53,992 nucleotides of DNA, from IMG/VR virus record IMGVR_UViG_3300045107_000078, positions 1-53,992 of that record; one strand, 5' to 3'. The stretch is from a virus (Duplodnaviria; Caudoviricetes). This document shows positions 46,984 to 53,992 of the stretch, in pieces (positions within the stretch are counted from its first letter, which is position 1; each line of letters begins with the position of its first letter). Under the pieces are notes generated by a model. The model did not search any database. It saw only the letters and a program-made list of their open reading frames with translations, and was not told the origin of the DNA. The position numbers and the translations under genes are program-made.

Positions 46984-47593
46984 GAACACCCTTCCGGAAC
47001 AGTATTGGATTGACCGTGATGGCCTGGCCGGCGTGAATGACGGCCCTACCCCGCAGGCGCGGGTGTACGAGGAGATTGCCAAGCGCGTCGTCGAGTTGGG
47101 CGCCACAAAGGTGCTCGACCTCGGATGCAATATCGGCGCTCTCTTCTTCTATCTCGTGAAGGCGGGCTACACCGCCAAGTACGAGGGTATCGACAGCAAC
47201 CCAAAGGCCATCGACTTCGCCAAGGGCTATCATCCGGCTCAGGCTTCGTTTAAGGTGGGCAACCTGCGGGACACTGGCCTGCGCGGGAAGTCTCAGGACG
47301 TGGTGGTGATTAAAGATGTCATTGAGCATCTGGAATCGGCGGCGCTGCTGCAAGATGCGTTCCAGATCGCCAAGCGGTACGTCATCATCTCGACCAACAT
47401 TCCCTTCACCAATGAGGTGTCCGACCACATTGAGAGGACGGCGGCGGGCTACTACCTCAATGCCTACACGCAGGGCACCGTCAAGGCTATTGCGCTGGAG
47501 AACGAATTCTGGCCCAAGGGCGTGACCGTCATCAGCGATGACCTCAACCGCGAGAACCAGGTGTGGGTCTTCGAACGGGTGGCCGCGAAATGA
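46976..47593 (+). CDS. class I SAM-dependent methyltransferase
   Basis: VLDLGCNIG, GID, DVV...DVIEHL; small-molecule/sugar type rather than DNA type. Confidence 0.85.
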   Translation: MSENTLPEQYWIDRDGLAGVNDGPTPQARVYEEIAKRVVELGATKVLDLGCNIGALFFYLVKAGYTAKYEGIDSNPKAIDFAKGYHPAQASFKVGNLRDTGLRGKSQDVVVIKDVIEHLESAALLQDAFQIAKRYVIISTNIPFTNEVSDHIERTAAGYYLNAYTQGTVKAIALENEFWPKGVTVISDDLNRENQVWVFERVAAK

Positions 47594-48108
47594 CTGCCGG
47601 TATTCTCGCCCGCATCATCGGCTCGGCAATCCGCTTCCATGCGTATTGGGACACACGCAACTGTCCCGACCCCAAGCAGGCCCGCGTCCGCTCTGTCACC
47701 AGTGAGGTGGCAGAGTTGCAGGACGCTTTCTACACCAAGTCTGATGAGGAAGTGGCGAAGGAATATGTGGATGTGGTGTACTCGGCGGCTGGCCTGCTGG
47801 AGTTCCGGAACATCCCCTTCCATCTCGTGCTCCAGGCGGCTGAGGCGATCATCGCCAAGAACGACGCCAAGAACCATCAGACGCACTGGAAGGATGCCAA
47901 TGGCGTCGTGGTGAAGCGCCCGCCGGAAGCCACCCACAAACCTTCAGACGATATTCCGATGCCGGAGACGGTGGAGGAATTGAAGCGGTTCGCTGCCAAC
48001 TGGATAGACACCGCCAACATGTACGCCCGCAATGCAGACTACTGGCGCGACCTATGGTGGGGAACCAACAAGCGCCTCATCGAAAAGTCCATCGGAGGTG
48101 ATAAATGA
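47590..48108 (+). CDS. MazG-like all-alpha NTP pyrophosphohydrolase domain protein
   Basis: SEVAEL..A......KEYVDV.Y, KN. Confidence 0.6.
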   Translation: MTAGILARIIGSAIRFHAYWDTRNCPDPKQARVRSVTSEVAELQDAFYTKSDEEVAKEYVDVVYSAAGLLEFRNIPFHLVLQAAEAIIAKNDAKNHQTHWKDANGVVVKRPPEATHKPSDDIPMPETVEELKRFAANWIDTANMYARNADYWRDLWWGTNKRLIEKSIGGDK

Positions 48109-48608
48109 GACGCCATCTGGCCTATCTCAAGTACGTGCTGCGGCACAAGTGGTTTGTGTTCCTGGCCTGCTTCCGGATGCGTGTGCCGATCTGGATTGCC
48201 ATTCTCCACGATTGGGATAAGTTCCTGCCCGACGAATGGTTTCCCTATACCACGACCTTCTACAACAAGGATGGTTCCAAGCGTTATATCGAGTTCCCTG
48301 AATTCGCAGACGCCTGGAACGCTCACCAGAAGCGCAATAAGCATCACTGGCAGTATTGGATGCTGACATGGGACAGAGGCGAAACGGAATGTTTGCCCAT
48401 GCCGGATGTCTACCGTCGGGAGATGATTGCCGACTGGATTGGTGCAGGTCGAGCACTTGGTAAGCCGAACACCTGGGAGTGGTACGCAGAAAATCGGGAC
48501 AAGATGAAGCTGCACCCTGATACCCGCGCATGGGTAGATGAACAGATTGTCCAACTAAAAGCGGACCATGACCTCTACGAGAAGGTGAAAGGCATGGGGA
48601 TAATCTAA
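48105..48608 (+). CDS. DUF5662-type HD-like protein
   Basis: HK..V, HDWDK..P.E, AW..H..RN.HH.QYW, MP.....EM.ADW. Confidence 0.8.
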   Translation: MRRHLAYLKYVLRHKWFVFLACFRMRVPIWIAILHDWDKFLPDEWFPYTTTFYNKDGSKRYIEFPEFADAWNAHQKRNKHHWQYWMLTWDRGETECLPMPDVYRREMIADWIGAGRALGKPNTWEWYAENRDKMKLHPDTRAWVDEQIVQLKADHDLYEKVKGMGII

Positions 48609-48817
48609 TGAAGGTCATGATATGTCCGGAGTGTGGGGAACGGATGGACTACCAGAAACCATCTGAGACCGATCATGGGAACGGTCTGACAGAACGGTTT
48701 TTTGGTGGATTTATCTGTTCGAACTGTCACCATCAAGTGACCAATAAACTTCCTCCTATCAAACACCATCGCAGCGAAAATCCCCGATGGATAGTGAGCG
48801 AGGTCTACATCGAATGA
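48608..48817 (+). CDS. zinc-ribbon protein
   Basis: CPECG...CSNC. Confidence 0.6.
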   Translation: MKVMICPECGERMDYQKPSETDHGNGLTERFFGGFICSNCHHQVTNKLPPIKHHRSENPRWIVSEVYIE

Positions 48818-49605
48818 TCTACGACTGCTTCACCCTCAACAACGAACTGGACTTGCTTGAGGTCCGGCTCAACACTCTCAATGAGGTGGTGGATAAGTTC
48901 GTCATCGTCGAAAGCGATATGACGTTCTCCGGCCACCCGAAGACGCCCTACTACTCCATCAGCCAGCACCGGTTCTCGCAGTGGCGCGACAAAATCATCC
49001 ATGTGCTGGTGAAGGACATGCCGCAGGAGACGGCCAACCGCTGGGACCGCGAATTCTACCAGCGCAACGCCATTTCGCGGGGACTGGTGGGCGTCCATCC
49101 GCTGGACCTCATCATCGTCTCCGATGTCGATGAGATTCCCAAGCCAGAGGCCATCCGTTGGGCGCGTGTGCTGGATGCGCCGACCGCCATCTCCATGAAG
49201 ACGTACTACTACAATCTGGAGAGCGTCAGCGACCAGTTCCTCATTGGCCCCTGCTGTATGCGGCCCCATCACAACCTGTCTCCCCAGCAACTGCGCGACC
49301 GGCGCTGGGAGTGGGAACGGTACAACGAGGGAGCGTGGCACTTCTCGTTCTTCCCTGTGCTGGACTGGTCGCCGGTGGAATCCGTCCAGATGAAGATACG
49401 CTCCTTCGCGCACGGCGAGTTCGACAATGAGACCTACCTCGATGCCAAACGGCTGGAGAAGGTCATCGCCGGCACCGTAGACCCGTTTGAGCGTTCCGAG
49501 TTCCCGATGCATCGGGAGCCGGTCAATCCCTCCCTGCCTCCGTATATCCTGAGCAATTTGGAGAAGTACAACAAATGGCTACCAGCGCCCTTGCCGCGTT
49601 CCTAG
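48814..49605 (+). CDS. GT17-like beta-1,4-N-acetylglucosaminyltransferase
   Basis: IYDCF..NNELDLL..RL..L..VVD.FVIVES..TFSG, RE..QRN, SDVDEIP, WHFS, K..SFAH.E. Confidence 0.88.
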   Translation: MIYDCFTLNNELDLLEVRLNTLNEVVDKFVIVESDMTFSGHPKTPYYSISQHRFSQWRDKIIHVLVKDMPQETANRWDREFYQRNAISRGLVGVHPLDLIIVSDVDEIPKPEAIRWARVLDAPTAISMKTYYYNLESVSDQFLIGPCCMRPHHNLSPQQLRDRRWEWERYNEGAWHFSFFPVLDWSPVESVQMKIRSFAHGEFDNETYLDAKRLEKVIAGTVDPFERSEFPMHREPVNPSLPPYILSNLEKYNKWLPAPLPRS

Positions 49606-50231
49606 TCTACAACACGCCCGAACTGATGCACTCAATGGTGGACCAGCTGGGCTACAGCTGCTGCATCATCGACAACGGTTCTAAGCCGCCAGTCCCCTTC
49701 CGCGAGACGATGATGCGGATTACCTTTGGTGAGAATGAAGGCTTCACCGCCGGATGGAACAAGGCGATGCGCCTGTTTCAGGGGCTGGAATACAAGTACG
49801 TCTGGATGCTCAACAGCGACGTGCAGGGCGTCAGTCCGGATATGATGGCGAAGCTGGTGCAAATCATGGAGTGGTCGCACGATGGCCTGCTGGCCGTCTC
49901 GCCCGCCTACAACAGCCCGCACCAGCACATGCATGCCTACGGCGATACCGTCAAACCGGTTGACTGGCTGGATTGGGCTGGCCCGCTGGTGAATGTGAAC
50001 CTGTTCCTCGAACTCGGTGGGTTCGACGAAGACTTTACTGGCTACGGCTGCGACCTCGATCTGTGCAAACGGGCGCAGGCGCGGGGGCTGCACCTCGCCG
50101 TAGACCAGTCGCTACAGTTCACCCACCTGGGGGGTCTCAGTGAGGATACGAACGGCCACCGCAGTGTCGAGAAGATGAATCAGCTACTCGCCAAGAAGTA
50201 CGGCGTCAAGGACTGGACGGAGATGTTTTGA
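49575..50231 (+). CDS. GT2-like glycosyltransferase
   Basis: IIDNGS, N.GF..GWN, WMLNSD, GGFDE.F..YG.D.D. Confidence 0.85.
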   Translation: MATSALAAFLVYNTPELMHSMVDQLGYSCCIIDNGSKPPVPFRETMMRITFGENEGFTAGWNKAMRLFQGLEYKYVWMLNSDVQGVSPDMMAKLVQIMEWSHDGLLAVSPAYNSPHQHMHAYGDTVKPVDWLDWAGPLVNVNLFLELGGFDEDFTGYGCDLDLCKRAQARGLHLAVDQSLQFTHLGGLSEDTNGHRSVEKMNQLLAKKYGVKDWTEMF

Positions 50232-50566
50232 TGATTAAACGAGTGGTCGTGGGGAATAACACCTATACGGTTGAGGAGTGGAAAGAGGACCGGCGAAATG
50301 ACTCCAATACGGGGCTTCTGCTGGGGGAAATTGACCACTTAGCACTGACCATAGGTGTTTTGGGGAGGATGGATGAGCGTGTCAAGAGAGTGATACTCAT
50401 CCATGAGATGCTGCATGCCATTTCATGGCAGACTGGCCTGTATCTGGACGATGAGACTGAGGAGCGCGTCGTGATTGCATTCTCGAACGCTCTGCTGCAA
50501 GTCATTGAAGAGAACCCCGCGCTTATCCGGTATCTGCGGCAGGGGGAAAAGAAAAACAGCCCCTAA
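50228..50566 (+). CDS. small HEXXH zinc metallopeptidase (ImmA/IrrE-like)
   Basis: LIHEMLHAI......EE.VV. Confidence 0.7.
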   Translation: MMIKRVVVGNNTYTVEEWKEDRRNDSNTGLLLGEIDHLALTIGVLGRMDERVKRVILIHEMLHAISWQTGLYLDDETEERVVIAFSNALLQVIEENPALIRYLRQGEKKNSP

Positions 50567-50615
50567 AGGCTGTTCCTGGAGGTGAGGCCGCAGGAGTACC
50601 GGACTGCGGCCATTT
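50546..50615. terminator. paired hairpins at the convergence of the two transcription units
   Basis: AACAGCC..GGCTGTT with U-tract on the minus strand; GGCCGCAG..CTGCGGCC-ATTT on the plus strand. Confidence 0.55.
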
Positions 50616-50648
50616 CCCCATTCTATCCATAACTGGTTCTCAATGCAA

Positions 50649-51017
50649 CTACTTCCGTGTTAGAACCGCGTCAATATCGTTCGGCCCTACTGGAACCAGC
50701 ACGGTCCCCAGGAACGGCGGCGGCTGCTGGCCCATCTGCTGGTACACTTCCAGCAGCGCCGGCGGCAGCGGAATGTGGTACGGTGACAGGTCGAACTGGA
50801 CTGTGATGGGATAATTGGTCTCGCCATCCCGCTTGATCTCAGTGATAACCCCCTGAGCATTGACAGGAATGCCCTGCTTAATCGGTCGAATCAGACTCAC
50901 CACCTGGTTGACCTCGAAGCGATGCTCCCAGCCCGCCGGAAAGCCCTCGAACAGGCGACCGAAGAAGTTGTAGTCCTGCGGCCCTGCACCAAACATATCC
51001 TCATAGTAGTTGTTCAT
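50649..51017 (-). CDS. hypothetical protein with SH3-like barrel
   Basis: F.VNQVV.L......P....G.I......YPI.V.F; GAGG RBS preceded by a palindrome. Confidence 0.6.
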   Translation of the reverse strand: MNNYYEDMFGAGPQDYNFFGRLFEGFPAGWEHRFEVNQVVSLIRPIKQGIPVNAQGVITEIKRDGETNYPITVQFDLSPYHIPLPPALLEVYQQMGQQPPPFLGTVLVPVGPNDIDAVLTRK

Positions 51018-51060
51018 GTTTACCTCAGAACCGGTTCTCAAGCCGGTATGTTAGGGACGA

Positions 51061-51492
51061 TTACTCATCGTCCTCGCTTTTGAATATCTTGCTCAGGTTG
51101 CCCAGGTAGCCCTTGTCCAGGCCGCTCTCCTTCTTCTTCTGGCGACTGGCCTTGCCTACCGTCAGACCAGACTCGATCAACTTCTCAGCCACCAGCTGGG
51201 CCACCATGTCAGCGTTGGCCGTGAATATCTCACTCAATGCATCCTTCGACAGGGTGCTGCTACTGCTGGGCAGCTGCACCCCCAGGTGCTGGCTGATGAC
51301 ACCCACAATAACCTGCCGCAGCGAGTACAGCCGCCCCTGCTCGTCTCGCTGCTTCAGCCAGTGTTCGAGGAAGTCGTATACGGGCTTCTCTTCCTGCTTT
51401 GACGGATTGAGTTTGAAGCTGTACCCGACATCCTCAGCCGCCCGCTCGACCCGCTTGGTGCCCTTGTCGCTGCGGGGTTTGCGCGGTCTCAT
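51061..51492 (-). CDS. putative DNA-binding partition adaptor (ParR position)
   Basis: TAATG-coupled downstream of the ParM-like gene; basic RKPRSDKG N-terminus; short amphipathic C-terminus. Confidence 0.6.
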   Translation of the reverse strand: MRPRKPRSDKGTKRVERAAEDVGYSFKLNPSKQEEKPVYDFLEHWLKQRDEQGRLYSLRQVIVGVISQHLGVQLPSSSSTLSKDALSEIFTANADMVAQLVAEKLIESGLTVGKASRQKKKESGLDKGYLGNLSKIFKSEDDE

Positions 51493-52550
51493 TATCCACC
51501 CTCACTGAGAACTGCATCGAACACCTGGGCGCCGCGCACGTTCGCCATGTGAATGTACTTCGGGTCTGTCACCAGATGCACGTTGCCGTGATTGAGGATG
51601 GCCTGAACCTTGTTGTACAGGATGCCGTTGCCGCCGCCGGTCAGGGCGATCAGGTCGTAGTCGGCGCCACCACCCAGGCTGGTCGTGTACAGGTTGAACA
51701 CATCATTGAGCACCGGATTGAGCGCCCGCTCCACCTCGCGTTCGCAGGGAATTTCGTATCCGCCGCCACGATAAACGTTGGTTTGGAGCGCCTGCTGGAG
51801 CCGATTCTCTGACGGTGCACCAGTCTTGAACCGGTCGCGGTAGACATGCTGGAGTTCCACCTTCAGTGCTTCAATGGCACTATTGATGCCATGCTCACCG
51901 CTGGCCGCGACGTTGTACCGGATGGTACCGTCCGCCGACACACCCAGGCACCCGCACGTCCCGCCGCCGATGTCCAGAATGCCAACCGCCAGACCGTTCA
52001 ATGGAGTTTCCCATCCCCGCTTGGTCTTGTTGAAGGCCATCATCGCGTAGCCGCCGAAGGGTTCTTCGAACGTCTGCACAGACAGGACAGGGAACTTGAA
52101 CTTGACGCCGCCGCATTCGAAGTTCCAGTTGCGCTTGATGCTGGCCCGCAGTTCGGCGCGGAACTCATAATCGGCGCTGGCATGGCTGGCGATCACGTCC
52201 AGGCCGCTCTCCAGTGATTCAGGGTTATTGAAGAACATGCGGGCGACCGCGCTGGCGAACAGGACGCCATAGTAGTCCACTGTGTATTTCGCACGGCGCT
52301 GGCGGCGGATGACCTCATAACTCTGCGCTGTCTCACCCACGACGAAGTAGCGGCCATCAATGGCGATAAAATCGAGAGGGGCGGTTTTGCCGTACCGGTC
52401 CATCGCGTTGGCGTAGGCGGCGGGGGTCAGTTCGGCAATCTTGTGGACGAACAGACACTCATATTCGCCGCAGACAATCTTGACGGCCCAGTTACCGCCA
52501 TCCATGATGAACTTGGGCAGACGTGAGATTTTGGGAATCGCTTTCGGCAT
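51492..52550 (-). CDS. parM: ParM/StbA-family actin-like ATPase
   Basis: DGGN..VK phosphate-1, VGE.A, EEP.G, ILDIGGGT phosphate-2, LTGGG adenosine motif, AN.RG. Confidence 0.85.
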   Translation of the reverse strand: MPKAIPKISRLPKFIMDGGNWAVKIVCGEYECLFVHKIAELTPAAYANAMDRYGKTAPLDFIAIDGRYFVVGETAQSYEVIRRQRRAKYTVDYYGVLFASAVARMFFNNPESLESGLDVIASHASADYEFRAELRASIKRNWNFECGGVKFKFPVLSVQTFEEPFGGYAMMAFNKTKRGWETPLNGLAVGILDIGGGTCGCLGVSADGTIRYNVAASGEHGINSAIEALKVELQHVYRDRFKTGAPSENRLQQALQTNVYRGGGYEIPCEREVERALNPVLNDVFNLYTTSLGGGADYDLIALTGGGNGILYNKVQAILNHGNVHLVTDPKYIHMANVRGAQVFDAVLSEGG

Positions 52551-52598
52551 GATATTGTGGTTTACCTCAGTATATCTCGATTGACCGATGTTTACTGA

Positions 52599-52627
52599 AT
52601 TGTATAACGGTTTCTGAGGTGTGGCAA
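52599..52627 (-). promoter_or_regulatory. sigma70-type promoter of the partition operon
   Basis: TTGCCA-N17-TACAAT on the minus strand. Confidence 0.7.
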
Positions 52628-52694
52628 CACGCCAGAAGCGACACCCGCGTTTCATTCACTTAATTCCTCTGCCCTTTGCAGAAGAATCTACCAC

Positions 52695-52721
52695 AAAAAC
52701 AAAAGCGGCCCGAAGGCCGCT
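52695..52721 (-). terminator. intrinsic terminator after the RNA ligase gene
   Basis: AGCGGCC-TTCG-GGCCGCT followed by TTTGTTTTT. Confidence 0.8.
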
Positions 52722-52739
52722 CTCAACATTGAGGGATGG

Positions 52740-53992
52740 CTACCAGTCAGGCCGTTTGGTCATGAAGGCCACGCCAGTGCCAACCTCTTTGGTCGCCAGC
52801 ATCAGTGAGGGCCATAGGGTCTCTGGCAGCGTGTCGAACACAGCCTTTGCTGCCTCGAAGCTGAGGTATGGGCCGTAGTTCGCGTTGGCCGTGTTGATGT
52901 ACCAGACGTTCTCGTTCCCACTGATGATGTGGGCCATCAGGATTACCCTGAGAATGGGCGCGTCCTGAATGTCATTGAAGGCATGCTTGTAGATGAGTGG
53001 GGTGATGTCCTTGCCGGCTTTGAGGGCATAGACATAGGCGTGAAGCCGCTTGGCGTTCTCCTGCTGCACCCACAGGGCGAATTCTTTCTGACTACCGCTC
53101 GGTGCGAAGCGCAGGCGCGTCTGGCATTCCAGCTGGACATTGCGCACGGTCGTGTCGATGTACGCCTTCCACTGCCGAATCTGGCTCAGGAACTCGTCAG
53201 GCACACCCTCAATCATGGCGTCGAACTGTCCGGCCTGAACGGACTGTAGGACGCGGCTGAAAGTAACCTGCGTCATGATGCGATGCGCCAGCCGGTAGGC
53301 TTCGCCCTTGATCTTGAACCGCTGGCCGTCCGCGAACCGCAGCACCCATCCCTCCTCATTGGCCGTCAGCTTGGCTGCGGCTCGCAGTACGTCCTCCACT
53401 GAGGTGAAGTCGTACCACAGCGGCACCTGTATGCCATAAGCAGCTGCGAAGTCATGCACCACGCGCAGCGGGTAGTCCTCGCCGGTGAACCGGTTCCGGA
53501 TGCCCAGCAGGAACAGGCCCTGGCGCCCCTTGTAATCGACGACGATGCGGTTCTCAGGATAGATGATCTCGAAGAGCATGGTGAACGAGTGTGGCAGACC
53601 AGCGAGGTCCATGTACTGGAGCCGCTCGGTCGCCCACAGCGCCTGCTCACTGGTGAAGCTGCCGCGTGTGGCAATCTTCAGCTTGCCCTGATGCCGGTAC
53701 AGGATGCCTAGCGACCCATCCATCTTCTCAGTGGCCTCGACGATAGGGCCAGAACTGGTTCTCCCGCGTTCTCCCCAATTGAAGAACTTAGGGAAGGGCA
53801 GCGCGACCACCTCGCCACTCTCTGCGTCCAGAATCAGCCCTCGGCTGTGGGTCTCGAACCAGTTCCAGCGGTTCTGGAACTGTGCCAGTGCCGTGTAGTT
53901 GAACAGCACCAAACCCTCGTGGTAGGTGGCGTTGACCTCACCGAACTGTTTCCAGTCGGTGCAGCCCTGTTGAACCAGATGGCTCAGGCTGT
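52740..53992 (-). CDS. T4 Rnl1-like RNA ligase (5' end runs off the window)
   Basis: RGLI, PFPKFFN, EKMDGS, ATRGSF, FEII, EGWV and KIK motifs; frame open to the window edge. Confidence 0.88.
   Translation of the reverse strand, partial: SLSHLVQQGCTDWKQFGEVNATYHEGLVLFNYTALAQFQNRWNWFETHSRGLILDAESGEVVALPFPKFFNWGERGRTSSGPIVEATEKMDGSLGILYRHQGKLKIATRGSFTSEQALWATERLQYMDLAGLPHSFTMLFEIIYPENRIVVDYKGRQGLFLLGIRNRFTGEDYPLRVVHDFAAAYGIQVPLWYDFTSVEDVLRAAAKLTANEEGWVLRFADGQRFKIKGEAYRLAHRIMTQVTFSRVLQSVQAGQFDAMIEGVPDEFLSQIRQWKAYIDTTVRNVQLECQTRLRFAPSGSQKEFALWVQQENAKRLHAYVYALKAGKDITPLIYKHAFNDIQDAPILRVILMAHIISGNENVWYINTANANYGPYLSFEAAKAVFDTLPETLWPSLMLATKEVGTGVAFMTKRPDW

Larger units (their letters stand above)
3106..51038. 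repeat. Dispersed perfect 12-bp palindrome AGAACCGGTTCT (at least 17 copies)
   Basis: Perfect copies start at 3106, 5681, 7732, 8287, 11255, 11566, 13395, 15860, 17103, 18243, 22013, 24397, 29250, 34698, 39467, 44758, 51027; one-mismatch copies at 273, 659, 14189, 14661, 16310, 27845, 41228, 44325, 48965, 53751 (counted by eye). Confidence 0.95.
1..53992. mobile_element. Tailed bacteriophage (siphovirus-like), possibly a phage-plasmid; may be a near-complete genome
   Basis: Ordered TerL-portal-scaffold-MCP-neck-tail tube-frameshifted chaperone-TMP-tail tip-holin module, no tail sheath, ParM-like partition gene, no host housekeeping genes. Confidence 0.93.

Noticed and set aside
46976-47593. 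Methyltransferase as a DNA methylase acting on the palindrome
   Set aside because: Lacks DPPY/NPPY or PC motifs; the pattern is that of small-molecule or sugar methyltransferases
50228-50566. HEXXH peptidase as an ImmA-type anti-repressor of a lysogeny switch
   Set aside because: No adjacent Xre-type repressor or integrase; it sits at the end of the late operon
3106-51038. The palindrome as a CRISPR repeat, IS end or canonical SOS box
   Set aside because: Copies are kilobases apart with no regular spacers, no cas or transposase gene is present, and half-site spacing is N2 rather than the N4 of LexA boxes
1-53992. tRNA/rRNA genes, reverse transcriptase or DGR, integrase and att sites
   Set aside because: No cloverleaf, YxDD RT, TR/VR pair or recombinase motif was recognised by eye; tRNAscan and HMM searches would be needed to exclude them formally

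Overview
This window looks like most or all of a roughly 60% GC tailed-phage (siphovirus-type) genome, possibly a phage-plasmid. The left arm (about 1-16.7 kb, minus strand) holds small early/accessory genes, including DUF5131, two stand-alone LexA-type wHTH proteins, a ParB-like protein, a TopoVI-A/Mini-A-like protein, a GIY-YIG nuclease and a RelE-like protein. The right arm (about 16.8-50.6 kb, plus strand) runs: phosphoesterase, TerL, a clan GH-A hydrolase with SH3, portal, scaffold, capsid, neck, GT4, tail tube, frameshifted tail chaperones, a 3052-aa tape-measure-position protein, tail tip, holin and a glycosyltransferase/methyltransferase cluster. A convergent block encodes a ParM-like actin, a putative adaptor and an Rnl1-type RNA ligase. 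Two signals stand out. (1) The tape-measure-position protein carries, in its N-terminal ~1200 aa, motifs of a two-barrel RNA polymerase with an atypical DTDAD catalytic motif, suggesting a virion RNAP fused to the tail tape. (2) The perfect 12-bp palindrome AGAACCGGTTCT occurs at least 17 times genome-wide, mostly at gene boundaries, promoters and RBSs. No integrase, DNA polymerase, helicase or primase was recognised. All family calls come from motif recognition by eye, not database searches.
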